64,000 nucleotides of DNA from Armatimonadota bacterium (GTDB taxonomy: Bacteria > Armatimonadota > SYMT01): contig JAWLHY010000019.1 of NCBI GenBank assembly GCA_041690135.1, forward strand, positions 43,639 through 107,638, given 5' to 3'. Of this stretch, positions 9,864 to 18,886 are shown in pieces (position 1 is the stretch's first letter; every line of letters starts with the position of its first letter). The notes under the pieces are model-generated. The model had not been told where the DNA came from. It ran no database searches and was given only the letters and a program-made list of their open reading frames with translations. Position numbers and translations under genes: made by a program.

Positions 9864-10484
9864 GGCGGGTCTCCTCGCACACCGTCAGCAGGGTTGGAAA
9901 TTGAAACGCGGGAACCCCACGGAAGTTACGGTCTCCAACGCGACTGCCCAACAACTTCCGGTGCGTTTGGGCGGGGTGCGACCAAATGTGCGTGCCCTGG
10001 CCACACAAGGTGAAGCCCGTACGGACCTGGTATACGGGTAAAGGACGTTCGCCATTTGGGAGTTGGGTTGATCGTGGCAGGAACTGTAGTTACCCATGCG
10101 CGGAATGACCGGGGAGCCGACGGAGGCGGGCGCCGGGTACCCACGGAGTGGGTGTGGGCAGTTGCAGTGTGTAGCCGCGGCTTGAGCCGCCTGCGTACCG
10201 CAGGCGCCGTTGGACTGGAGAACTGGTCACGGGCCGTCCCCGCTGTGCCCGCGGAAGTCGCGACATCGTCCGACCCCCGCAACGATACAGAGCGCGCAGA
10301 ATGAGAAATCTTCGCGAAGCCGGCCGGTTTCCTTTACCAACCTGGAAGCAGGACAAATGCCGCTCGCTGAAAGAACACTCCAGAGAGGCGCTGGCCTCAA
10401 ATCCTGCCGGATCAACACCGCACCTGTTGAAGGTTAAGCGTGAGGGGGTAAGCTCGCCTGGAGCCAGAGGTTGAGAGCACAACG

Positions 10485-10583
10485 CAGAGGGTTCAACCCC
10501 TGGCCCCCGAGGGGGGCTTCCATCCTTTAGCCCCCGAGGGGGCTGCAAACCTTCCAACTTGCAAACCTTCCAACCTTCCAACC
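10485..10583. repeat. REP-like palindromes followed by an octamer tandem array
   Basis: cagagggttcaacccctg and agccccc-ga-gggggct hairpins, then gcaaaccttccaacttgcaaaccttccaaccttccaacc. Confidence 0.65.
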
Positions 10584-10615
10584 CAGAAGTACCCTCCTGA
10601 ATAACGCATCCCACT

Positions 10616-12094
10616 ATGAAGTTAGTAGCGATTGACCTGGGCGCCAGCGGCGGACGCGCGCTGGTCGGCACGTTGACGGGCGAAGGCGCCCGGGCCACGC
10701 TGGAAATGGTGGAGGCGCACCGGTTCCCGCATGGCGGCGTTTACTTCCCGCACGATGAGGGCCGCACGCTGCATTGGAACGCGCCCTACCTGTGGAACGA
10801 GATCCAGACCGGTCTCCGCAAGGCCGGTCACGCGCACGGCCGGCCGGACAGTATTGGGGTGGACACCTGGGGCGTGGACTTCGGCCTGCTGGACCGCCGC
10901 GGCGCGCTGCTTCAGAACCCGGTATGCTACCGCGACGCTCGCACCGAGGGAATGATCGAAAAGGCGTGCGCAATCGTGCCGCGGGAGGAGATCTTCGCGC
11001 GGACCGGTATCCAGTTCATGGCGTTCAACTCGGTCTTCCAGTTGCTGGCGCTGCAGAACCAGGGCTCCCCCATCTTTCCGCTGATCGACCGCGTGCTCCT
11101 GATGCCGGACCTCTTCCATTACTGGCTCTGCGGCAGCCGGGCAGTGGAGTACACGAACGGCAGCACCTCCCAGATGGTGAACGCTACCACGCGCGACTGG
11201 GATCGCGAACTGCTGGACCGCCTGGGACTGCCGCACCACTTCCTGCCGCCGCTGGTGGAGGCCGGGACGCGCCTGGGCAACCTGCGCGCTTCCGTGGCCG
11301 AGGAGACCGGCCTGTCGCCGGACGTGCCGGTGATCGCGCCGCCCACGCACGATACCGCGTCGGCCGTGGTGGCTACCCCCGGTGAAGGGAGCGATTGGGC
11401 CTTCCTCAGCGCCGGCACCTGGTGCCTCTTCGGGGCCGAGGTGGACCGCCCCTATCTCGATCCCGCGCTCCTGGAGACCGGTTTCGGTAACGAAGGCGGG
11501 GTCCGAGGTACCACCCGCCTGCTGCGCAACATCACCGGCCTCTGGCTCGTGCAGGAATGCCGCCGCTACTGGCAGAGCGAGGGACACGACCTCTCCTACG
11601 CGGAGCTGGCGCGCCTGGCGGAGGAAGCCCGCCCGTTCGTGGCCGTCATCGATCCGGACGATGCCGCCTTCGCCCAGCCGACCCGGATGCCGGTCGCCAT
11701 TGCCGACTACTGCACCCGGACCGGGCAATCTGTGCCGGAGACGATCGGGGAGTTCGTCCGCGTCTGCCTTGAGTCGATCGCGCTAGCGGTCCGGCGCCGC
11801 TGGCTGCAACTCCAGACGATCCTGGGCCGTGAGTTGCGTGTCCTTCATATCGTGGGGGGCGGCACACAGAACACGCTCCTCTGCCAGTTCATCGCCAACG
11901 CGCTCGGAAGGACGGTGCTGGCCGGTCCCACGGAAGCTACCGCCATGGGCAACGCGCTGGTGCAGGCCGTGGGTCTTGGCGCTCTCGACTATACGGACCT
12001 GCGCCCGGTGGTCCGCCGCTCCATCGAGTTAAGGGAGTATCGCCCACGCGATACCGCCGCCTGGGAAGACGCCGCCGGTCGCGCACCCTGGTAA
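10616..12094 (+). CDS. rhaB: Rhamnulokinase (FGGY sugar kinase family)
   Basis: AIDLGASGGR, IGVDTWGVDFGL, YRDART, TGIQFM, HDTASAV, NITGLWLVQECRR, GPTEATAMGN. Confidence 0.9.
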   Translation: MKLVAIDLGASGGRALVGTLTGEGARATLEMVEAHRFPHGGVYFPHDEGRTLHWNAPYLWNEIQTGLRKAGHAHGRPDSIGVDTWGVDFGLLDRRGALLQNPVCYRDARTEGMIEKACAIVPREEIFARTGIQFMAFNSVFQLLALQNQGSPIFPLIDRVLLMPDLFHYWLCGSRAVEYTNGSTSQMVNATTRDWDRELLDRLGLPHHFLPPLVEAGTRLGNLRASVAEETGLSPDVPVIAPPTHDTASAVVATPGEGSDWAFLSAGTWCLFGAEVDRPYLDPALLETGFGNEGGVRGTTRLLRNITGLWLVQECRRYWQSEGHDLSYAELARLAEEARPFVAVIDPDDAAFAQPTRMPVAIADYCTRTGQSVPETIGEFVRVCLESIALAVRRRWLQLQTILGRELRVLHIVGGGTQNTLLCQFIANALGRTVLAGPTEATAMGNALVQAVGLGALDYTDLRPVVRRSIELREYRPRDTAAWEDAAGRAPW

Positions 12095-12115
12095 TCGTAA
12101 TGGCTGAATAGCGGC

Positions 12116-13945
12116 CTACATCTTCGATTCATCCTTGTTTGCTTCGAATTCCAGAAGTTCAGAGAGTGGGTCCGGAACCGCCCCGAAGGGCTGTTTGTCC
12201 GGTTGAAGCCGCCAATGCCACAACGAGCTGCCGCCAGTGAGAGGTCGAAACCCGAGGATCCAGCGGCCCTCGTAAGTCGCTGCCTCCGGGCTCGTTGGTG
12301 CAAGATACAGCGCAACGCGCTCCCGTTCTTGGCGCGTAATGGCGCCCACATGGGTGATCAATGTCGGCCCTAGCCACTCCTCCACCAGTGCCCGAGGGGC
12401 TTCCGCCAGTGGAAGCCCCTCGGGCTCGCGGACACGGGCTTTCAGCGGCTCGGGTAGGCGGTTATAGAACTGTAAGCAAGGCTTAGGACCGGTGAGTTCA
12501 TAGAATGCAGGTACCACCACTCCGGATGCCTGTGGGCAGAGGCCTGACTCCACGAGCTTGTGGACTTGTCCGAAGTTGAGCTCCGCAAGTTCCAGGAGAT
12601 CGCTGAGCGACCCCTGCTTGTTCTCACTCAGGCGCTGGCGATACTTGCTCAGAAGGGAGTCCGGTACATCCGCCACGTCTTCCGTCCACCATGATCGAGA
12701 TCTAACGAGGACAGTCGATTTCGTAGGGTCCAGCCACTGCCAATCGCAGTTCCACTGCCGCACCAGGATCGTGAGCAACTGCTCGATAGGGAGATCGCGA
12801 GCCTCGACCGTAGGCACAAAAGCCCGGCAGGGGCGTATATATCCATCCGCAATGAACCGCAGCTTTGTCTGTCGCTGGAGTAGAGCCAGGCAAGTATCGA
12901 GATTCAGCCAGCGATAAGTGCGGTCCCTCGCCCCCGACGGCAGGGGCGGAATCGAGAACCGTACCGTTTTCGAACCGTCTTGTGCGTTCCGACCGGGCAA
13001 TCTGAAGGGAGGGCCGATAAAGGGGGTTCTTCGTGCTCCTTTCATCCGCAGCATACTGAAGCGGCCCTGGGTTTCTCCATCGGGCGATACGAGACTTCTC
13101 ACGAGGTAGGTGTTTTGGGCATCAGCCGGGTTTCCCGCGAGCATGACAGTTATGCGGAAGTCTTCCAGGCGATGATTGGTCTGCTGTCGAGTCGATACAG
13201 TAAGGAGATTTATCAGGTCTCCCCGCCCAACTTCGGGGCCGTCAGCGATCCGCAACACCACGGGTTGTCCTGTCAGCAGCTTTGCGCGCCCATCAACGCC
13301 GATGGCTTCAAGCAAGGTTGCTTCTGCTTTACGTCTTGGGGAAGGTATGTTCCCGGGTATCAGTAGCCCATTGATGATCTTGCTGGGAACGAGCTTGTCG
13401 GCAGGGATCTTGCGGACTTCCTCCAGCCAATGGAGTTCACCATCCAGGTGTTCGGCAAAGGCGGCCAAGCGTTGACTTCGCAGTTCACTAGCCAATACAC
13501 GGCGGTTGAAGTTCTCGCGCAATATCCAGCCACTGGTTTTCCGATGCCAGTCGACCCGTGCACTCTCATTCACACTGAGCAACGTTTCAAGTCCGCGCGC
13601 CAGCGTACCAAGTTCGAAGTCCTGGCCAACAACAGTTACTCTTTGGTTGGCGAGCTCGCCCTCCGCCTTCAACTTCACCCCATAGATTTTGGATAAGGTA
13701 GGAAGTGCCTCCGTGAGCGGTCGTCCGTATAAAGTCACGTGGGATGGCTCGCCACCGGACGGATAGCGTTCCATTGCAAAAGCCGGTGTCTGGCCAAAAA
13801 GAACAATATAGAGTATCCACACACCCCATATGAGGGACCGAACTCTGAGTAGAGATGGAAAAACTGCGAGGAAGTTACGGTTCAGCCAGAGATTCCTTCC
13901 AAGTGGATTTGCAATCTCCAAGGGCAAGATCTTCTCGGTAGACAT
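12116..13945 (-). CDS. Hypothetical exported protein, possible STN-like N-terminal domain; lower GC
   Basis: 609-aa ORF; signal/TM region ending PAFA; 'PLTEALPTLSKIYGVKLKAEGELANQRVTV' is STN-like; AT-richer codons. Start uncertain. Confidence 0.65.
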   Translation of the reverse strand: MSTEKILPLEIANPLGRNLWLNRNFLAVFPSLLRVRSLIWGVWILYIVLFGQTPAFAMERYPSGGEPSHVTLYGRPLTEALPTLSKIYGVKLKAEGELANQRVTVVGQDFELGTLARGLETLLSVNESARVDWHRKTSGWILRENFNRRVLASELRSQRLAAFAEHLDGELHWLEEVRKIPADKLVPSKIINGLLIPGNIPSPRRKAEATLLEAIGVDGRAKLLTGQPVVLRIADGPEVGRGDLINLLTVSTRQQTNHRLEDFRITVMLAGNPADAQNTYLVRSLVSPDGETQGRFSMLRMKGARRTPFIGPPFRLPGRNAQDGSKTVRFSIPPLPSGARDRTYRWLNLDTCLALLQRQTKLRFIADGYIRPCRAFVPTVEARDLPIEQLLTILVRQWNCDWQWLDPTKSTVLVRSRSWWTEDVADVPDSLLSKYRQRLSENKQGSLSDLLELAELNFGQVHKLVESGLCPQASGVVVPAFYELTGPKPCLQFYNRLPEPLKARVREPEGLPLAEAPRALVEEWLGPTLITHVGAITRQERERVALYLAPTSPEAATYEGRWILGFRPLTGGSSLWHWRLQPDKQPFGAVPDPLSELLEFEANKDESKM

Positions 13946-14045
13946 AGGCCCTCAACTTGACCTGTGTCAGAACACCGCAGGACTGCAGGCGATGATCTGA
14001 CACAGTTGCTTAGATACACATCACATGATGTAGCGAGATATTAAA

Positions 14046-14627
14046 TCACTCAGTGATGATCAACGCACGGATCGCATGTCGTTCTTCCGCTAGAGGTCCT
14101 GGACCTGGCGAGAAGTGGGCCGAAATCCATGCATTCAGGTAGTAGTTTCCAGGAGAGAGTGTGGCCTGCAAGCTCATGTCAAGCCAGTCAGATGGAGATC
14201 GCCCTGTGTTGAAGTCGAAGTAATCTCCCCACTCGTCGCTGTCATCTTCCACAGGGTCTTCGTTCAATTCCGTAAGCTCAAGTCCGTAAAAGCCAGAGAG
14301 TAGATCGCTTCCCCAGTATGATTCAATGCTGTAGCCGAGTGAAGCGGAGTATTCGTGCGACACGTTCGCAACTACGTCGTGCGAACCCGGGGAATAGTGC
14401 GCTTCGAGTTCTACCAACGCACCACCGTTCATGGAAGAGAAATATGCCCAATCGTATGCCGCCTGCGCAGGCGAACCGCTCCATGCACTTAGAAACACGC
14501 CTAGCAGCAATGCCAATACTGAGCGACCTGAAACTCTCGAGGGAACGATGTAATGCATTCTTCTGAACCTCCATTTACTCATTGTGGGAGTCAAGTCCCT
14601 TCCGATAAGGTACAAGTGGCCAAGCAA
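14046..14627 (-). CDS. Hypothetical secreted acidic protein; lower GC
   Basis: Signal peptide (VLALLLGVFLSAWSGSPAQA) followed by an acidic Ser/Tyr-rich mature part; true start is probably a downstream Met. Confidence 0.6.
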   Translation of the reverse strand: MLGHLYLIGRDLTPTMSKWRFRRMHYIVPSRVSGRSVLALLLGVFLSAWSGSPAQAAYDWAYFSSMNGGALVELEAHYSPGSHDVVANVSHEYSASLGYSIESYWGSDLLSGFYGLELTELNEDPVEDDSDEWGDYFDFNTGRSPSDWLDMSLQATLSPGNYYLNAWISAHFSPGPGPLAEERHAIRALIITE

Positions 14628-14810
14628 CGTGGACTACCCGCAGGGGAGAGTATCCCTACAAGCCGGGTAATCATCACTCCAGCACAATGTAGCAGAAATA
14701 CGTCAACCTCAATTGATGGTGCTCACGCATCCGGGCCAATGGTTCTGGAGTGTTCTATCTACTTTCATATTGTGCGGTGTTTATCTTATTGCGTCCACTT
14801 TTTTTACCTA

Positions 14811-14983
14811 GATCCTATCCGAATTGAAATCTTAAGTCAGTGAATGTCCGTTTGGTATGATTCCGGCACAGGAGGATTGTGTCAAAATGGGATTAGTTGC
14901 GCAGGATGATGGCTGGCCCGTGCCCGACGCGCTTTGGGAACTCATAGAGCCTTTGTTGCTGAAGGGGAAACCCCATCCTTGGG
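14811..14983 (+). pseudogene. 5' stub of an IS5-family element/transposase, truncated by the next IS
   Basis: AGGAGG RBS and ATG 14887 give MGLVAQDDGWPVPDALWELIEPLLLKGKPHPWG, the usual IS5-family N-terminus (D.LW..IEPLL); a putative end GATCCTATCCGAA at 14811-14823 overlaps a CTAG (14808-14811). Confidence 0.65.
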
Positions 14984-15069
14984 GGAGCGCGCGTCAGAAT
15001 TTCGCACGCTCGGATTTTGATCAGGCGCCAAGCCTCGGAATGTGATTCACGATGGGTGGGCTTTCACCG

Positions 15070-15432
15070 ATGGCAGACAAGAACTTCGATCCCGAGTGGG
15101 ACGGGATCTTCCGGGAGATCCGCGAAGAGATGGTGGCGTGGCGCCGGGCGCATCCCAAGGCGACCCTGCGCGAGATTGAACTGGAGAATGAGCGCGTGCT
15201 CGCGCGTCTTCACGCGCGAATGATCCAGGATATCGCGGCCGCCAGTGGGGTGGCCGAGTTTGCCGGACAGCCGGCCGCGGACCGGCCGCAGTGCCCGCAC
15301 TGCGCGGTGCCGCTGGTGTCCCGAGGCAAGAAGCGGCGGAACCTCCGTAGTTATGGCGACCAGCAAGTGGAGTTGGAAAGAGCCTATGGCACCTGCCCCC
15401 AGTGCGGGCAGGATTTTTTCCCCTCTGGATGA
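15070..15432 (+). CDS. IS transposase OrfA (zinc-ribbon N-terminal part)
   Basis: HPKATLREIE, CPHC...CPQC, ends FFPSG at the TTTTTTCCCCT run. Confidence 0.8.
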   Translation: MADKNFDPEWDGIFREIREEMVAWRRAHPKATLREIELENERVLARLHARMIQDIAAASGVAEFAGQPAADRPQCPHCAVPLVSRGKKRRNLRSYGDQQVELERAYGTCPQCGQDFFPSG

Positions 15433-16471
15433 GGAACTCCAACTGCTCCCCGGGGCGTTGGCGCCACTGCTCCATGAGCGCCTGGTGCAGTTAGACACCG
15501 TGGAACGCTCCTTTGTGCAGGCGGCAAACGTCTTCTTCTCGTTTACACGCATCCGGATCAGCGAACCCACCGCCCGTCGCTACGCCGAGCGTGCGGGGGC
15601 CGTGATGGAAGGCGTGGAAGAGGGTGCGAGTGCGGCAACTCCGGCCCCTGGGGATGGGGCGGAGCCGGACCCGCGCCCGGCCTGGGTGGGTGCGGACGGG
15701 GTCATGGTCCGGTTGGTGGGTGGGGCTTGGCGGGAGGTCCGGACCGTCACCCTCGGACGGGTGAACCCTCCGGTGCTCGTGAAGGGGGAGGCCCGGGTGA
15801 CCACCACCGAACTGAGCTACTTCTCCCGCTTGACCGACGGAGCCGATACCTTCATCGACTGGGCCGCACGCGAGTTCGGTCGCCGCGGCATTGCGGAGGC
15901 GACCCTGGTGGGCGCGGGATCGGATGGTGCGGAATGGTGTCAGAAGCTCTTCGACCGCCACTGCCCCCAGGCGGTGCGGTGCCTGGACTTCTACCACGCC
16001 GGAGAACGGGTACATGACTTTAGTAAGGTCCTCTGGAAGGAGCAGCCGGAACTCGCCGACTGGTATGCCGGCGACCAACTCCATCAACTGAAACACCAGG
16101 GGCCGGACCCCCTGCTGACGAGCCTGCGGGACTGGGGCCAGGCCGCGGCGGACCCGAAAGCGCGTCAGGAGGCTACGCAGCAGTATGCCTTCTTCACCAG
16201 CCAGACGGAGTTACTCGATTATCCTGAAGTCCGGGCGCAGGGGCTCCCGATCGGGACGGGCAACGCCGAAAGTGCGAACCTACATGTCGTTCAAGACCGG
16301 CTCAAAGGACCGGGCAAGTTCTGGGGCCGCGAACACGTCAACCCCATGCTGGCACTCCGCAACGCTTGGTGCAGCGACCGCTGGGAGGAAACCTGGCTGG
16401 TGACCAGCAAGCGGTTAGCGGAAGGGTATTATCCGGTGCGGATCGTTCATACACCACGTGCAAAAAACTGA
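15422..16471 (+). CDS. IS transposase OrfB (DDE catalytic part, reached by frameshift)
   Basis: PLDEELQL..., GADGVMV, GSDGAEW, LDFYHA, IGTGNAESAN...RLKGPG.FW. Confidence 0.82.
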   Translation, partial: PLDEELQLLPGALAPLLHERLVQLDTVERSFVQAANVFFSFTRIRISEPTARRYAERAGAVMEGVEEGASAATPAPGDGAEPDPRPAWVGADGVMVRLVGGAWREVRTVTLGRVNPPVLVKGEARVTTTELSYFSRLTDGADTFIDWAAREFGRRGIAEATLVGAGSDGAEWCQKLFDRHCPQAVRCLDFYHAGERVHDFSKVLWKEQPELADWYAGDQLHQLKHQGPDPLLTSLRDWGQAAADPKARQEATQQYAFFTSQTELLDYPEVRAQGLPIGTGNAESANLHVVQDRLKGPGKFWGREHVNPMLALRNAWCSDRWEETWLVTSKRLAEGYYPVRIVHTPRAKN

Positions 16472-16634
16472 CGCGCGCTCCTAGGAAAATCGCAGTATTG
16501 GACCGCAACCTTAGGGTGGTGGTACGATACAGTCAAGCCCTTCAAGCCCCCGGTGTTGGGTCGCATCACCGACTGGCGTGCTTCCAGTTCTAGCAATTCC
16601 GTTTTCCGTAGGCGCGGCAGTGGTCAACCATGTG

Positions 16635-18101
16635 ATGGAGAGTATTCGATGTCTTGTTGGTAGCCGCATCGTGGTTGCGATTTCCGGGGGCGTCGACTCC
16701 CTGGCCTTGCTGCACCTCATTGCGTCGATTGGTAGCTTTGATCCTTTGGAGTTCCTCGCGGTGCACGTCCACCACGGGATGCGGGCCGAGGCCGCAGATG
16801 CGGATGTCGAGTTCTTGCGCCAGACCTGCGATGCGTGGGGTGTGCCGCTCGAGGTTGTCTACCGCGACGTGCCGGCGCTGGCGGCGGAGCGGCGGATCTC
16901 GGTGGAGGAGGCAGGACGGATTGCCCGGTATGAAGCCCTGGAAGCCCTGGCTCGGGAGCGCGGCTGCAATAAGGTCGTTACGGCGCACCACGCCGACGAC
17001 CAGGTGGAGACGGTGCTGCTTCACCTGCTGCGGGGCACCGGTCTGGACGGTCTCCGGGGGATGCCGGAGCGACGTCCCCTCTCCCCCAAATCCGGCGCGC
17101 CGGAGCTGGTCCGGCCACTGCTTGGGGTATGGCGCCACGAGCTGGAAGCCTATTGCCGGGAGCACGGACTGGAACCTCGCCACGACTGGACGAACGACGA
17201 CCTCCGCTACCGGCGCAACCGCCTCCGGCAGGAAGTGATCCCCCTGCTGCAGTCCCTGGCGCCGGCGGTGAAGCAGCACCTTCTGCAACTCGCGCAGCAG
17301 GCTCGGGACGAGGTGGCGGTTCTGGAGCCTCTGGCGGCGGACCTGCTCCACCAGGCACGCCGTCCGGCGCCGGAACCGTGGCGGCGTGCGGGAGGCCCGC
17401 CGGAGTGGTTGGTGCTCGCACGAGCATTGCGACCGACGGCGCTCGATGCCGCGACCTTTGCACAGGCGCCGCGTGCCACTGCCCGACGCGCCCTTCGGCT
17501 TCTTTTTCGGGAGGTAGCCGGCCCACCGGCCGATGTCCCCTTCGAGGCGGTGGAAGCGGTGTTGTGTCTGGCGGGGGGTGTGGGTACGGCAGTCGATCTT
17601 CCCGGATGTGGAATCCGAGCCCGCCGAGTTAGTGGCACTCTTCTTCTGGAACGCCAACGCCCGCCGCAGCGGGACCTCCCGGAGAAAGTCTTGGTTGCTG
17701 GTCCCGGCGAATACACGGTTCCGGCAATGGGGCTCAAGCTCCGGTTCGCAGCGGGCGCCGCCCCCGCCGACCCGCGCCTGCCGCCCGAGGAAGCCTGCCT
17801 GGCAAGCGCCGCAGTCCGATGGCCCCTGCGGCTCCGCGCCCCAGAACGGGGAGATCGGTTCCAGCCGCTGGGGTCGCCGGGGTCGCGCCTGCTAAGCGAC
17901 GTGTTCGTGGATCGGAAGATCCCCGCCGAGGCCCGCGCTTCCTGGCCCGTGCTGGAGGATACGGAGGGGATTCTCTGGGTGTGCGGAATCGCCGTGGCCG
18001 AACGCGCCCGCGTCGCGTCGCCGGGGGATCCGTGCCTCCGCTTGCGGATCGAGCCGATTCATGCGTCCGGATCTACCCTTGGCAGGTCCCAGGTGTCCTG
18101 A
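16635..18101 (+). CDS. tilS: tRNA(Ile)-lysidine synthetase
   Basis: AISGGVDS PP-loop, HVHHGMR, RYEAL, TAHHADDQVET, RPLL, D.TN..RRNRLR, C-terminal GDRFQPLG domain. Start uncertain (16578-16635). Confidence 0.95.
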   Translation: MESIRCLVGSRIVVAISGGVDSLALLHLIASIGSFDPLEFLAVHVHHGMRAEAADADVEFLRQTCDAWGVPLEVVYRDVPALAAERRISVEEAGRIARYEALEALARERGCNKVVTAHHADDQVETVLLHLLRGTGLDGLRGMPERRPLSPKSGAPELVRPLLGVWRHELEAYCREHGLEPRHDWTNDDLRYRRNRLRQEVIPLLQSLAPAVKQHLLQLAQQARDEVAVLEPLAADLLHQARRPAPEPWRRAGGPPEWLVLARALRPTALDAATFAQAPRATARRALRLLFREVAGPPADVPFEAVEAVLCLAGGVGTAVDLPGCGIRARRVSGTLLLERQRPPQRDLPEKVLVAGPGEYTVPAMGLKLRFAAGAAPADPRLPPEEACLASAAVRWPLRLRAPERGDRFQPLGSPGSRLLSDVFVDRKIPAEARASWPVLEDTEGILWVCGIAVAERARVASPGDPCLRLRIEPIHASGSTLGRSQVS

Positions 18102-18886
18102 TCCACAGCGGAAGCCGGGCGCGGAAGCTGGCCTGTAGTGGGAGGAGGCGTGGCGGCGGGTATCGGCAGATCGGCCGTGCCGACAAGGTAGGGCTTGAGG
18201 AGTTGCCGCATCAATGCCGGTCCATTCTCCAAATCCTCCCAGTACAGTTGGAAAGGTAGGCTCTGAATGGCGCTTACTGGAACGGATTTGAGGGGACCGA
18301 ACGGTTTCCGCCCCCGGACATCGAAAGTGAGGGCCCCGTGCAGGCGCCCGCGAGTACGGAAGATCTCCAGTTCGAGACGGTCAAGACGTGGATGCGCTTT
18401 GACCGTGGGTTCAAAGCAGCCTCTCACTCCGTCGCCTTGAGCGTACACCCAGCGGTGCAACGCAAATCCCGTGAGCACGGCGACCTCTGTCGCCATCGCG
18501 TGGATGGCGATTGGGGGGAGCACGGCGAGGGGTTCCATTTCCGTCTCGGTTTGCCAGAACGCGCCGCCAACCACTCTCAGGTGCAATGAACAGGCCGTTC
18601 CCAGGCAACTCCCCCACTCGACATTTATCCTGACCGGTAATTCCCGTCGCTCTCCGGCCCGAATTGCAAAATCCGCCCAGGTTTTCGGCTGTAGGTCCGG
18701 AGACGCCACACCTGCGGTGACTTTGCCATTGGATTGACCCGTCAAGGACACGGCGAGGTGCCGGATGCGCTGGTCCTTCTGCCCCCCCACGAGAGAAATC
18801 GTGCCGGTGACTTGCTCACCCCAATGGACGACGTTTCGATGCAGCATCAATGTCACTTCACAGTTGCCGACCTGCACCTTGGCCAT
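18059..18886 (-). CDS. Spo0M/arrestin-like protein with a Pro-rich repeated C-terminal tail
   Basis: V.WGEQVTGTISLVGGQKDQRI..L.V.L and F.I..GERRELP resemble Spo0M; start overlaps the upstream stop. Confidence 0.6.
   Translation of the reverse strand: MAKVQVGNCEVTLMLHRNVVHWGEQVTGTISLVGGQKDQRIRHLAVSLTGQSNGKVTAGVASPDLQPKTWADFAIRAGERRELPVRINVEWGSCLGTACSLHLRVVGGAFWQTETEMEPLAVLPPIAIHAMATEVAVLTGFALHRWVYAQGDGVRGCFEPTVKAHPRLDRLELEIFRTRGRLHGALTFDVRGRKPFGPLKSVPVSAIQSLPFQLYWEDLENGPALMRQLLKPYLVGTADLPIPAATPPPTTGQLPRPASAVDQDTWDLPRVDPDA

Larger units (their letters stand above)
14984..16481 (+). mobile_element. Insertion sequence, ISKra4-like (IS256/Mutator-related DDE), about 1.5 kb
   Basis: Terminal inverted repeats GGAGCGCGCGTCAGaaTTTcGCACG (14984-15009) and its complement (16456-16481) with 3 mismatches; encloses two overlapping transposase ORFs. 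No target duplication seen. Confidence 0.88.

Noticed and set aside
9885-9910. ...GGAAATTGAAAC resembling a CRISPR repeat 3' end
   Set aside because: Single occurrence, no repeat-spacer periodicity, and no cas genes in the window.
9870-10480. Small ORFs or ncRNA in the long intergenic region before rhaB
   Set aside because: No convincing RBS/ORF or recognisable RNA family; only REP-like fragments.
14808-16484. CTAG at both outer ends as a target-site duplication of a composite element
   Set aside because: The IS5 right end is absent and the right CTAG overlaps the ISKra4-like TIR; a 4-bp match may be chance.
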